The notes beneath the pieces were generated by a model. It was not told the DNA's origin. It did no database searches and saw only the letters and a list, made by a program, of their open reading frames with translations. 64,000 nt of DNA from Bryobacterales bacterium (GTDB lineage Bacteria; Acidobacteriota; Terriglobia; Bryobacterales; UBA6623), in NCBI GenBank assembly GCA_965203925.1, contig OZ241924.1, positions 6,741,206 to 6,805,205 on the forward strand, read 5' to 3'. This document shows, piece after piece, positions 9,128 to 18,645 of the stretch. Numbering within the stretch: position 1 is the stretch's first letter; each line of letters opens with the position of its first letter. A program made the position numbers and the translations under genes.

Positions 9128-10837
9128 TCAGAAGCGGATCCCGACGAGTTCACCGTCGTGCTGCGACCCGGCGGGCAGCTTCTTGAAGGCGACCGCAGCT
9201 GAGTAGCCCCGAGTGTTGCATGGGATCTGCTTCACGCGGAAAGGGCGGTTGATCAGTCGAGGCGGGCTGTCTGGATTCTCGGCCAGGCTGTAGCGCCTAT
9301 ACGGCGTGTGCACAATCACTGTGCGGGAGCCGCCCGAGCAATCCACCCAGGCGATCTTCCCTTGGACCAGCCACGCTCCCTGCGGAGGCCAGAGCCGGCG
9401 GGTCGGGGCCTTGGCTGGCGCAGGGTCCCTCCATGCCTGCGGACTCTCGGGAAGCTCCACGTGCGCCGTCGGCGCAGACGCCAGCAATAAACGAGGGCGC
9501 GGCTCAGCGAGGATTGACTGATGACGCCTTCGGCGTGCCTCTGCCGCCTCTTGGGCGGCCCGGCCGCTCCACCCTGGAAAGGAGCTCAACGCGAGGAGCT
9601 CGCGGAACACTGCGCGCCAGTCGCCTCGCAGCATCCGAGCATGGACCAGCGCCAGCCGATGGGTAGGCTCGTGGGGATCCAGCCTCACTGCCCGGAGGGC
9701 GGCATCGAGTGCCTCCGAGGCCCTAGCTTGCGGATCCTCGCCGGGGCGCATCATCAGCACCGCGTATCGATAGGCGGTCCGGGCGCGGGGGTCTCCTAAG
9801 GACAGAGCTGCCTTGAAGGCATCTTCTGCAGCCTCCGGCCGATCCAGCAACACTAGGAGGGTGCCGAGAGCCGCCTGAGGAAGGGGCTCGTCGGGGACAC
9901 CCGCCGCTATCTTGCGCAGGGCGGGCTCCGCAAGGTCGAAGTGGCGCAGCTCCCTGCCAACCTCCGCCATGAATAGGGGGATCTCCCAGTGCCGCGCCTC
10001 GGCCACAGGAGCGTGCAGGTCGGCGGGCCCAACCTTCAAGAGCGGTGCCAGCCGGCCGCGCTTCAGTTCCAGCAGGTAGTCGCGCAGCGTCTCCGTCAAT
10101 CCTTCTGATCCGAGGGCAGCCAGCACCGACTGCACACTTGACGGATCGGGAGGGGCCCAATCGCTCGCCTCTCGAGAGAGCCAATGCACCAGTAGCCAGG
10201 CTTGGGTCTGGAACAGTTGAGCCGTGGAAATGTCGTCGCCACGCTCGGCATCCAGCAAACGACCCCAGTCCAGCCACTCGGAAGCATCAAGCGTCTCAAG
10301 GAGCGGAAGTCGCGCGTCTGCGTCGCCGCCAGCCGCCATCTCCCGGGCGAGGAAAACCGCCCGTCCCTCCCTAAACCAGATGGGCCAAGCCGGCCGGTCA
10401 AACTGATGGGCGTACTCGTGCGCAAGCGTGACGCGGGGCCCGGGGACTCCGTGCCAGGGAACAGCAACGAAGTCCCTGTCGAGACCCCGGACTGTGATGC
10501 CGCGGGTGCGAGAGCTCGGAGGGTCTTGGAGCAGGGCGTGCAGGTCCAGACGGCTGGGAAGCACGAGCACGTCGAGCGGGCCGTCAGAGCGGGCAGGAGT
10601 GCCAACGTTGCGCGATTCGAAGACCTGCCGGAAGGCTTCGAGCGCTTCAGCCGCTGACTGTGCCGTTTCCGGCCCTAAGCCGGGCGCGGCAGAGACCAAG
10701 ACGCGAAAGTGCGGCGTCTCGGAACGCCAGCCCGGCTGTGCCGCGAGGACCGGCAGGAGTGCGGTCGCGAACGAAGTGCTGAGCACTGCCGGCACCAGCT
10801 TGGCCGCACGCTTGCGGTCAAGATCTGCGACTGCCAT
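9128..10837 (-). CDS. secreted zincin-like peptidase domain + TPR repeat protein (DUF1570-like)
   Basis: N-terminal signal-like segment, an HExxH motif (TLAHEYAHQF), and a C-terminal half made of TPR-like A/L-rich repeats. Confidence 0.65.
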   Translation of the reverse strand: MAVADLDRKRAAKLVPAVLSTSFATALLPVLAAQPGWRSETPHFRVLVSAAPGLGPETAQSAAEALEAFRQVFESRNVGTPARSDGPLDVLVLPSRLDLHALLQDPPSSRTRGITVRGLDRDFVAVPWHGVPGPRVTLAHEYAHQFDRPAWPIWFREGRAVFLAREMAAGGDADARLPLLETLDASEWLDWGRLLDAERGDDISTAQLFQTQAWLLVHWLSREASDWAPPDPSSVQSVLAALGSEGLTETLRDYLLELKRGRLAPLLKVGPADLHAPVAEARHWEIPLFMAEVGRELRHFDLAEPALRKIAAGVPDEPLPQAALGTLLVLLDRPEAAEDAFKAALSLGDPRARTAYRYAVLMMRPGEDPQARASEALDAALRAVRLDPHEPTHRLALVHARMLRGDWRAVFRELLALSSFPGWSGRAAQEAAEARRRRHQSILAEPRPRLLLASAPTAHVELPESPQAWRDPAPAKAPTRRLWPPQGAWLVQGKIAWVDCSGGSRTVIVHTPYRRYSLAENPDSPPRLINRPFRVKQIPCNTRGYSAAVAFKKLPAGSQHDGELVGIRF

Positions 10838-11280
10838 AGATACTTAGGGGAACAGTCAGGCCCAAGTTAAGGATAGGCCGTGCTGTGCCAGATGGCCGAC
10901 TCTATCCATGGCTCTGTGACCGGTGACAGGGCAAGGGCCATCCCCAGCGTTGCATAGGGACGCACCAGAAACCGGTGGCGAGCGCCCCTGATCACCACGC
11001 CCTCCCGGACATCGCTGACGAGAGGGTCGAGTCGCCTGAGTCAGTCTCATTTACGGGTGACTCGAATTCACACTCATTCCTGCTGTGAGGGAGTGACTAC
11101 GGGACAACAACGGCGCGCACGGCACCGCGATATCGGTCGCGGCGGGGGCAATGTCACAGAGAGTCGTAGCGGATCGAGCGGCGAGGATGGAAGCTGCGCA
11201 CGATGAGAGAGACCGTAACAGCCGACCCTGGGCCGTGACCAGTCAGGAAGGCCGGTTGCGGATTGAGCGCTGGGCCTAGG

Positions 11281-12135
11281 TCACCCAGTTGGAGGTGGTG
11301 CCGAACTGTGATTGCCGATGAGGGATGCCGAATCACTTTCGTACAGAAAGTAGTCCGCAGGCAGTACGAGGTACTTGGCCCAGAGCTGCCAAACCGCTCG
11401 CCAGCGATCAGAAGTCGGATCTGCTTCTGCAACTGGCAGGCCGAACCGTTTGGCGTCTGACGCTGAGACGATGGCTCTGTGATCCTTTGGTTCTCCGACC
11501 AGGTGCTTCCGAAGGCCTTCGGCCAAGGTGTTCACTTCGTCTGATGACCGAGACGAAACGCACGCGAGCGCTTCCGTGATCAGGTCGCCGGTTCGATCCA
11601 TTGCGTCACGGGCTTGCTGGACCATGAGGGCGGTGATATCGGACAGCATCGATGCGTGCAGAGTATATGTGGTTGGGTTGTTCTGTATACGATGCTCCGC
11701 CTCCTCGACGGCCGCGATGATCGCTCTCGCAGCGGCGAGCGAACCGTTCGGCAGGAGGAATTGGGGATCGACGGGTCCAAGATCGCTGGTCGGGCCCATA
11801 TAGATTCGGTCTGCCCCAAGAACGAACAACGTTCCTGCGCTCTTGGCTTGGTCAGGGACGATCACGGTCAGTTCACGGCAGCGGGACTGCGCTTGGCGAA
11901 CGAGCCGCAAGGCGGTCTCACCGTCGCCGCCGAGCGTAGCGAACATGATGTGCAGGTCCTCCCTTGGATCTGCACCAAAGAGTGTCTCCTCGAAGAACGG
12001 AACACTGCGGGGAAAGATCACGTCTCGCATCACAACCAGACGGCAGTGGTAGGCAGCCTGATAGTCCCGAATCTGCTGCTGGCGCTCGTACCGGCCAGCA
12101 TTGGCTGCTGCGTAGAGGGGTGTGACGGCCGTCAA
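11281..12135 (-). CDS. ClpP/crotonase-fold serine protease, SDH (serine dehydrogenase proteinase)/SppA-like family
   Basis: LHIMFATLGGDGETALRLVR...VIVPDQAKSAGTLFVLGADRIYMGPTSDLGPVDPQ, a Clp-fold protease pattern with the Ser in KSAGT. Confidence 0.6.
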   Translation of the reverse strand: MTAVTPLYAAANAGRYERQQQIRDYQAAYHCRLVVMRDVIFPRSVPFFEETLFGADPREDLHIMFATLGGDGETALRLVRQAQSRCRELTVIVPDQAKSAGTLFVLGADRIYMGPTSDLGPVDPQFLLPNGSLAAARAIIAAVEEAEHRIQNNPTTYTLHASMLSDITALMVQQARDAMDRTGDLITEALACVSSRSSDEVNTLAEGLRKHLVGEPKDHRAIVSASDAKRFGLPVAEADPTSDRWRAVWQLWAKYLVLPADYFLYESDSASLIGNHSSAPPPTG

Positions 12136-12350
12136 CGCTGGAACCTGATGGGCGGTCCCCGCAAGTCGAACGTCGAAGGCTTATTGGCCCGAGCCTTTCT
12201 GGTCTCTTCGCGTACCTGCTTGGCAATCTCGATCCGCTCGCGCCAATCTGGATCAATGCTTGGCGGTGGGGGCGACAACGCCGGGGAGGGGGTCGCGGAA
12301 TCCAGCTGCCGACTCCTCCGACCGGTTTGGGGTTTGGATGTTCTATTCAT
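12132..12350 (-). CDS. small hypothetical protein coupled to the SDH-family protease
   Basis: 72-aa reading MNRTSKPQ...DPDWRERIEIAKQVREETRKARANKPSTFDLRGPPIRFQR. Its stop overlaps the protease start by 4 nt. The 259-aa ORF in the track is an upstream over-extension. Confidence 0.4.
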   Translation of the reverse strand: MNRTSKPQTGRRSRQLDSATPSPALSPPPPSIDPDWRERIEIAKQVREETRKARANKPSTFDLRGPPIRFQR

Positions 12351-12402
12351 TCCGCCTCTCGCTGCCTCCGAGGCAAGGCACTTGCGTGGGCCCGCCCAGA
12401 TG

Positions 12403-12422
12403 GTGACGACATCGTTCGTCAC
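12403..12422. promoter_or_regulatory. 7-bp inverted repeat GTGACGA-N6-TCGTCAC in a divergent intergenic region
   Basis: Read directly from the sequence. It lies in the 129-bp gap between the divergent genes at 12350 (-) and 12480 (+). Confidence 0.25.
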
Positions 12423-12479
12423 AATGATACTGGATGAGGCCAACCGGCGTAGAAATCCCTGTCGCCGCCGTCGTTCCGG

Positions 12480-13109
12480 GTGTGTTATGTTCAACTCGTG
12501 GTCGGGCCATTTTTGCTTGCAATTGTTCTGGCGTGCGGAGGGGTAGCCCAAGCCGAACCCAGCCTGAGGGCCACTAGGGGATCGCAGGCCGAGCAGAACA
12601 GGCTGGCCGACGCGGACCACCTCAGTCGCATGAAGGACAAGGAGATGGTGCAGCGCTGGGCGCGGCTGAAGCTGCTTGTGCCGGTCAAGGAGCGCACCCA
12701 GGACTACTACCTCCACGCGGTGCCTTCCGACTATCGCTACTTGCGGCCGTGGGCCCATTTGTTGCTGACGCGGCTCGCCAGCCAGTTCCGGCAGCGGTTC
12801 CGGCGACCGTTGCGCGTCACAAGCCTCACTAGAACGGTCGGCTACCAGCGACAGCTGGCGCGGCGCAACGGCAACGCCGCCGCTTCGACGGGCCCCAAGG
12901 CGTCTGCGCATCTGACGGGTGCGTGCCTGGACATCTCAAAGAAGGGCATGAGCCGGACGCAGCAGTCTTGGGTCCGCAACGTCCTCTACCAGCTCAGGTC
13001 CAAGGGATACCTGTACGCAATCGAGGAATACCAGCAGCCCACCTTCCATGTGCTCGTGCTTCGCCGCTACGTGGACTACGTGCAAGAGCGACTCAGGGCC
13101 AAGACGTAG
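12480..13109 (+). CDS. DUF5715-like / peptidase M15-like cell-wall protein
   Basis: Signal peptide (LAIVLACGGVAQA). SAHLTGACLDIS resembles the S-x-H-x-x-G-x-A-x-D metal-binding motif of VanY/M15-type peptidases. Confidence 0.55.
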   Translation: MCYVQLVVGPFLLAIVLACGGVAQAEPSLRATRGSQAEQNRLADADHLSRMKDKEMVQRWARLKLLVPVKERTQDYYLHAVPSDYRYLRPWAHLLLTRLASQFRQRFRRPLRVTSLTRTVGYQRQLARRNGNAAASTGPKASAHLTGACLDISKKGMSRTQQSWVRNVLYQLRSKGYLYAIEEYQQPTFHVLVLRRYVDYVQERLRAKT

Positions 13110-13115
13110 GCGTTC

Positions 13116-14030
13116 TTGGGGGTGCCCTCGGTCGCCTCTTTGGCGGCCTTTCGGGAGGAAGCCGATAGCGTGGCCGCCGACGCGCATGGGCCGACCGCCG
13201 GCAGCAGCCGGATGGGCAAGCCGCGGCTGACAATGGCATACCAGACGAGGGGCACCCGCCGACCTAGCTGGTTGAGAGGACGGCGGGCGAGGAAGCGACA
13301 ATCTGGGTCCGGAGCCGGCCAAGAGACGCCGGGGACATCCCAAGCCGGTCCCGAGGCCATCTTTCGGGAACGGTTCCGCCGGCTGAAGCCAAGGACCGAA
13401 ACGCCGGCGTTCAAACTTCGCTTCCGGCCCTACGCCAGCCTGCGGTCGACCATTAAGATGCAGCCTGGCTCGCGCACGATCGAAGTGAATCTCAGCGACA
13501 TGCTGCGCGACGCCCCGCCGGATGTGCTGGACTCACTTGCCGCCATCCTGCTGTCAAAGCTGTACCGGCGGCAGATTCCCAAACGCACTCGGCGACGCTA
13601 TGAGCTGTGGACCCACAGCCAGGCCGTGCAGGACCGGATGCTTGCAGTCCGGCGTGAGCGGGGCCGCAAGAACGTGCTGCCGCCCGCTGGAACCGTGCAC
13701 GACCTGAACGCGCTGTTCGACAGGCTGAACCGCCGGCACTTCGCGGGGAGCCTGCGCAAGCCGGGCTTGGGCTGGAGCCCTAAAGCGTCCCGCAGGCGCC
13801 TCGGCCACTACGATCCGGCCCACGACGTAATCGTCATCAGCCGCATCTTCGATCAGGCTCGTGCGCCGGAGCTGGCGCTGGAGTACGTGCTATTTCACGA
13901 AATGCTGCACGTCAAGCACCCAGCGGAGCTTCGCGGAACGCGCCGGCGCGTCCACACGCCCGAATTTCAGGCCGAGGAACGGACATTCCCGGGCTACGAG
14001 CGCGCCAAGGAATTGATCCGCTCGCTCTGA
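13116..14030 (+). CDS. SprT-like / zincin-fold metallopeptidase-like protein
   Basis: C-terminal LEYVLFHEMLHVKHP....HTPEFQAEERTFPGYERA (HExxH plus a downstream His). The true start is probably downstream of 13116. Confidence 0.6.
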   Translation: MGVPSVASLAAFREEADSVAADAHGPTAGSSRMGKPRLTMAYQTRGTRRPSWLRGRRARKRQSGSGAGQETPGTSQAGPEAIFRERFRRLKPRTETPAFKLRFRPYASLRSTIKMQPGSRTIEVNLSDMLRDAPPDVLDSLAAILLSKLYRRQIPKRTRRRYELWTHSQAVQDRMLAVRRERGRKNVLPPAGTVHDLNALFDRLNRRHFAGSLRKPGLGWSPKASRRRLGHYDPAHDVIVISRIFDQARAPELALEYVLFHEMLHVKHPAELRGTRRRVHTPEFQAEERTFPGYERAKELIRSL

Positions 14031-14056
14031 CCCGCCTGGCCAAAGCAGGGCGGCGC

Positions 14057-15412
14057 ATGTGCCACAATGAGCCACCGATGGCGCCGAAGGCATATGACCG
14101 CCGAACGTTTATTGCCGGAACTGCCGCGCTGGGCGGTGGCCGCGCCTTGGGCGCGAACGACCGCATCGGCATCGGCATCATCGGCGTTGGGAACATAGGC
14201 ACAAGGCACCTCCAGCGCCGGCTGCTGCCGATGATGCGGCAAGACGGGATTCTCAGCGTCGTCGCTGCCTGCGACATCTACGAGCGGGCCAAGTTCAGAG
14301 CCAAGGAGCTTATCGGCCTCGCCGATGCCGACATCCACCACGCCTACGAGGACTTGCTGGCCCGCAACGACGTCGACGCCGTGGTCGTGGCAACCCCGGA
14401 CCACTGGCATGCGCGGATGGCGATTGACGCGATGCGCGCCGGCAAGGACGTCTACCTCGAAAAACCGATGTCGAAGACTATCGACGAGGCTAGGCAGATA
14501 GCTGCCGTGGCGAGCGAAACGGGGCGGGTTCTGCAGGTCGGCAGCCAGTGGGTATCGGACCCGGCCTACGAGGAGGCCCGCCGGATGATTGCCAGTGGCC
14601 TGACCGGGCCGATCGTCATGGCGCAGTCCAGCTACTCGTCGAATCACGCCAACGGTGTCTGGCAGTACTACGTCGATGAGGAGGCCAGCCCAACGACTGT
14701 CGACTGGGATCGCTTTCTGGGCAATGCCCCGTCCCAGCCGTTCAGCGGCGAACGCTTCTTCCGCTGGCGCAAGTACTGGGACTTCTCGGGCGGGATCGGG
14801 ACCGACTTCCTGTACCACCGCCTCGCGCCCCTGCTGTTCGCGGTGGGTCCGCGATTCCCGGTTCGCGTGAGCGCTCACGGAGGGATCTACCTATTCCGCA
14901 ACCGTGAGGTTCCGGACACCTACTCCACGACGATCGAGTACGAAGACCTGGTGGTGAACCTCGTCGGGTGCAGCGGCTCTCAGGCCCCTAACGTGCTTCA
15001 CGGCCCGGCGTTCTTTGGCCAGATGTCCGCGATCTCGATCCGGCCGGGATCGGTGCGGGTCACACCAGAGAGGCTGTATGCCGACAGCTTCCGCGCCCGC
15101 ACTGGACAAGCCACCGTCGAGGTCGCGGTCGACAACCTCGACCAGCAGACGGCTCGAACAAACCACATGCTTGACTTCCTCCGATGTGTTCGCACGCGCG
15201 AGAAGCCGATCTTCGACGCGCGATTCGGCTATCAGGTGATGGTGGCTATCCGGCTTGGCGTCGATTCGTACCGCCAAGGGCGCCAGATGGGCTTTGACCC
15301 GCAGATGGAGACCGTGTTGCCACAGCCGGCGCCTCGCGATAGGGGCTTCGAGGGAGACGGGCGCAATGATCCGGCCGCCCCGCCGTCGTACCAGAAGCGT
15401 CCGATCGCCTAG
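14057..15412 (+). CDS. Gfo/Idh/MocA family oxidoreductase with Tat signal
   Basis: DRRTFIAGTAALGGG (twin-arginine signal) followed by IGIGIIGVGNIGTRH (Rossmann). The start is 14057 or 14078. Confidence 0.85.
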   Translation: MCHNEPPMAPKAYDRRTFIAGTAALGGGRALGANDRIGIGIIGVGNIGTRHLQRRLLPMMRQDGILSVVAACDIYERAKFRAKELIGLADADIHHAYEDLLARNDVDAVVVATPDHWHARMAIDAMRAGKDVYLEKPMSKTIDEARQIAAVASETGRVLQVGSQWVSDPAYEEARRMIASGLTGPIVMAQSSYSSNHANGVWQYYVDEEASPTTVDWDRFLGNAPSQPFSGERFFRWRKYWDFSGGIGTDFLYHRLAPLLFAVGPRFPVRVSAHGGIYLFRNREVPDTYSTTIEYEDLVVNLVGCSGSQAPNVLHGPAFFGQMSAISIRPGSVRVTPERLYADSFRARTGQATVEVAVDNLDQQTARTNHMLDFLRCVRTREKPIFDARFGYQVMVAIRLGVDSYRQGRQMGFDPQMETVLPQPAPRDRGFEGDGRNDPAAPPSYQKRPIA

Positions 15413-15699
15413 GCAGCGCCGGCAAAGGCAACTCGACGCCTCCAATGACCCCGGGGAGCCCCAAGAAGGCAGGCTGCCTTACCGTTCTTACTCCAGGCGA
15501 ACACTGCCGGACCTGACCCTCTAGGGGTCAAGCGCCTGCAGGTCAATCGCTCCTGGGAGCGGTGACCGACCCGAAACCCGGCAGAGAGGCTGCTGTGCGC
15601 GCGACAGGCAGTGCCAATGGACGAAGCCCCGCGGTTCCCGAGCCGTTACCCTCCTGAGAGATGGCGCGACTGGGACGGGCTGCCGACCAGCAGCACAGG

Positions 15700-16095
15700 C
15701 TACGAAGGGCTCTTTCGGGCCCGTTGCAGGGCTTCTCCGAAAGATCCGACCCTCTTCGCGCCAGAGTCTCTGCGGCCGCGGACGCGGCGATCCGGAGACC
15801 TCCTCCCGCCACGTCCCCTAGGGCCTCTAGTCCTGTCGCGGTCGCCCTTCGGATGCGCGGCTTTGGCGCGCAGCAGCTTTCCGTCAATTGGAGCCCGGTT
15901 GAAGCGCCGGATGATCGCCTGCATCTCCTCGTCATTGGGCGCTTCGACGAACGCATAGCCCTTGGACTCCTGAGTCTCGAAGTCCCGGATTACCCGAACC
16001 GCGTCACAAACCAGATCGCTGCTCTCAAGCCAGGACCTGATGTCGTCGGCCGTGACCCACGTGGGCAGGTTGCCGAAGAAAATGTTGTGGCCCAT
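15700..16095 (-). CDS. RRM-domain RNA-binding protein with R/G-rich tail
   Basis: NIFFGNL (RNP-2) and KGYAFVE (RNP-1), with a C-terminal RGPRGRGGRR tail. The start was chosen at MGHNIFF. Confidence 0.85.
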   Translation of the reverse strand: MGHNIFFGNLPTWVTADDIRSWLESSDLVCDAVRVIRDFETQESKGYAFVEAPNDEEMQAIIRRFNRAPIDGKLLRAKAAHPKGDRDRTRGPRGRGGRRSPDRRVRGRRDSGAKRVGSFGEALQRARKSPS

Positions 16096-16251
16096 GTTGC
16101 GAGAACGCATCGATTGTCCTAATTAACAGTGTTGAGCCCGCGCTGCGGGACACGGGGCGCGCTGGCGCGCTCTGCGAGGCTAAAGCATACCACAGCCCGA
16201 ATTGGAGCCTTGGCTACATTCGCGATTGCCAGCAAGCCGAGACGCCGCGGA

Positions 16252-18603
16252 TCAGAGCCTCGCGAACCAGTCCCTGAGCACACCCATTGCTGGCTTCCCT
16301 AGAGGGCGGTGCGAACCGTCGAAAGGGCTGGAGCTACCATCGCTTGGCCATTTCCACCAGAACATCCCAAACACTCTCGGCCGCATTGCGAAGGCCTCCA
16401 TCCAGATCCGATAGCAGGCCGACTGGAGGTCCGGGTTCAGCCGGCTGCCGTTCTCTTCCCAAGGCCGCGACGCCGCGGTCGCCAGCGCCGGGAAGCCTAC
16501 CTCCGTGAACAAGACGGGCTTTCCGAAGCGAGCCTGGACGCGCCCAATCCGTCGGGCAGCGTCGGCAATCTCGGGTGAGCCAACTGAGGGCCAATCGCCA
16601 GGGGCGGCGATGGGGAAATAGAAATTGACACCGATGTAGTCCAGCGCATTCCAGAATTCAACGCTCTCCAGTTCGCTCTCCCAGTGCGCCGCGTAGGTCA
16701 GGGGCCCTCCGTAGACGCTGCGCACATCGGCTATCAGTGACCTCCATGCGGCGCTGCGGCCGGTCAGTCCCGCAAGCTCGTTGCCGATGCACAACAGTTG
16801 GACACCCTGCGCTTGGGCAAGGCGGGCGTAGTGCAGCATCCAGCGGCGGTAGTCGTCAAACCACTGGTCGAAGCGCTGCTCGCTCTCGAAGGCGATGTCC
16901 CCGTGAAACCGGCGCCCAGCCCACAAGTGCGGCTTGAGCACTACGGCCAGTCCGAGCCTCTCGGCGACCCGCACTGAGCGCAGCAGCCGGGCGTCCGTCT
17001 CCAGCGTGCGAAAGCGGATTTCCGCGCGTTCCGGAGCCGGCGTGAACGCATAGGGGACGAGCGCGATGGCGTTTGCACCGACTTCGCGAATGCGCTCGAG
17101 CTGGCGCCGAGCAGACTCGCTGCCGTAGCCAGCGCCCCGGCGGCCCTCGTGAGAGAAGGAGATGCCCTTGGCATAGCGCGGGAATCCTCGCGGAGGACGC
17201 GGCACGACGGCGTTCCCGCTGCACGGCGGCACACAGTCACGGCAGAGTGCCAGCGCTTCCCGCAGACTCTCCCGGTGCAGCCGCCCAAGAACACCGCGCC
17301 CCATCCGGCGCACGGCGTTCTCCACCCAAGCGCCCCCGACGGCGTCCCGAACCAGCGGCGATAGGAAATCCCCGCCTGCTGCGAACACCTCTTCCGCCGA
17401 ATACCGCCGCTCCCCGCAAGCGATGCGTGATCCCGCGTCGATCAGTCGCTCGCCCCCGACTGCCCCGACGGCGTAGCGGGCAACCGCCATCTCCATTGAG
17501 GCTGAGCCGGGAGGCCCCCAAGCCTGACGCATGGCGACCACGGCCTCGGCTCGTAGGTCCTCCGGCACAAGCCCGTCGGCGGCGACCACAGCCGGACCGT
17601 CGACCGCATCAAGGGCGAAGCTCCGCGACCCCAGCGGTCCCGGCCCGAACAGTGCGATCTGCCCTTCCGACGAAGCAATGCGCAGGCGGAGCGGTTGTCC
17701 AGTGTAGGGCAAGCCGAGTCGATCCCTCAATCCGGCCAAGCGCCGGTCCGCGCGCTTCAGCCACTCGGCTCGCTGGCCGGGAGTGAACCGGCCCGCCTCG
17801 AAGTTGAGCGCCCAGCCCGGCGAATCGGCGGCGACCCAGTCGACGCCAGTCGCGCCCCGCGGCGCGGACACTGGTATGGCTGCCAGAGCCGAACCGATGG
17901 CCAAGAGGCTCAGGGCGTGAACCGATCGGATCGGCATCAAGGTCGCTGCGGGCACGCGGACCGACACTGCGATTGTCAGGGCTAGGACAACTGGGAGGTA
18001 TGACGCCGGCGTTCCCTGCAACCCGCGCCCGCCGAAACCCGGGGCTCCCAATGCCCACGCCACCGCAACCGCGGGGATCGCCATGCCAGACCAAGTCGTA
18101 GCGCCTGAGCGTCTCAGCCCGGCTCGCACAAGCGCTGCAACCGCGAGCGCACACAACACTGCTATCAGCCAGCGGCCGAGCGGCGACTCGAGAGGCAAAC
18201 CCAACGCTTGGCCGATATGGGTCGTGGTGCTCCGCCCCCGCCAGACCATGCTCACCAAGTCGGCCCACAAAGGCATTGCCAGCTGGAATCCTGCGCAGGC
18301 TGCGGCCAACGACCAGACTCCACGCAGGCGCAGCGAGATTCCCAGCACCATCGAGCATGCCGCGACTCCAAGCACGAGAGGCCCAAACTCGTTCAGCGCG
18401 TAAGACCACCATCCGGCACCTTCGTCGAGCCGGATTCCCGCTGTACGGAAACCGTCCGCAGGCTCCCCCATGTCCAGCGCAACCAGAAGCCACGAGCAGG
18501 CGGGACTCCAAACCCGGGCCGCCCACCAGCCCACCAAAGAGCCGCCAAAGCCGGCGGCAGCCTCCCCGCCGCGCTGACTCCAGAATGCGGCCGTTCCCGA
18601 CAT
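16252..18603 (-). CDS. polytopic membrane protein with C-terminal TIM-barrel glycoside hydrolase-like domain
   Basis: The N-terminal ~250 aa are multi-TM. The C-terminal domain has IGNELAG and LFTEVGFPA, which are clan GH-A acid/base and nucleophile-like motifs. ATG 18603 was chosen because the 18738 start would overlap the divergent gene. Confidence 0.65.
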   Translation of the reverse strand: MSGTAAFWSQRGGEAAAGFGGSLVGWWAARVWSPACSWLLVALDMGEPADGFRTAGIRLDEGAGWWSYALNEFGPLVLGVAACSMVLGISLRLRGVWSLAAACAGFQLAMPLWADLVSMVWRGRSTTTHIGQALGLPLESPLGRWLIAVLCALAVAALVRAGLRRSGATTWSGMAIPAVAVAWALGAPGFGGRGLQGTPASYLPVVLALTIAVSVRVPAATLMPIRSVHALSLLAIGSALAAIPVSAPRGATGVDWVAADSPGWALNFEAGRFTPGQRAEWLKRADRRLAGLRDRLGLPYTGQPLRLRIASSEGQIALFGPGPLGSRSFALDAVDGPAVVAADGLVPEDLRAEAVVAMRQAWGPPGSASMEMAVARYAVGAVGGERLIDAGSRIACGERRYSAEEVFAAGGDFLSPLVRDAVGGAWVENAVRRMGRGVLGRLHRESLREALALCRDCVPPCSGNAVVPRPPRGFPRYAKGISFSHEGRRGAGYGSESARRQLERIREVGANAIALVPYAFTPAPERAEIRFRTLETDARLLRSVRVAERLGLAVVLKPHLWAGRRFHGDIAFESEQRFDQWFDDYRRWMLHYARLAQAQGVQLLCIGNELAGLTGRSAAWRSLIADVRSVYGGPLTYAAHWESELESVEFWNALDYIGVNFYFPIAAPGDWPSVGSPEIADAARRIGRVQARFGKPVLFTEVGFPALATAASRPWEENGSRLNPDLQSACYRIWMEAFAMRPRVFGMFWWKWPSDGSSSPFDGSHRPLGKPAMGVLRDWFARL

Positions 18604-18606
18604 CGA

Positions 18607-18636
18607 GCCCACCAGATATCGCCCACCAGATATAAT
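18607..18636. promoter_or_regulatory. tandem 13-bp direct repeat GCCCACCAGATAT x2 ending in TATAAT
   Basis: Copies at 18607-18619 and 18621-18633. TATAAT at 18631-18636 lies 9 nt upstream of the GTG at 18646. The whole divergent gap is only 42 bp. Confidence 0.3.
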
Positions 18637-18645
18637 CGCGGAACT

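Noticed and set aside
10838-11280. AT-richer 440-bp gap considered as a tRNA or att site
   Set aside because: I could not fold any cloverleaf, and I could not detect a repeat matching another part of the window. Left as unexplained intergenic DNA.
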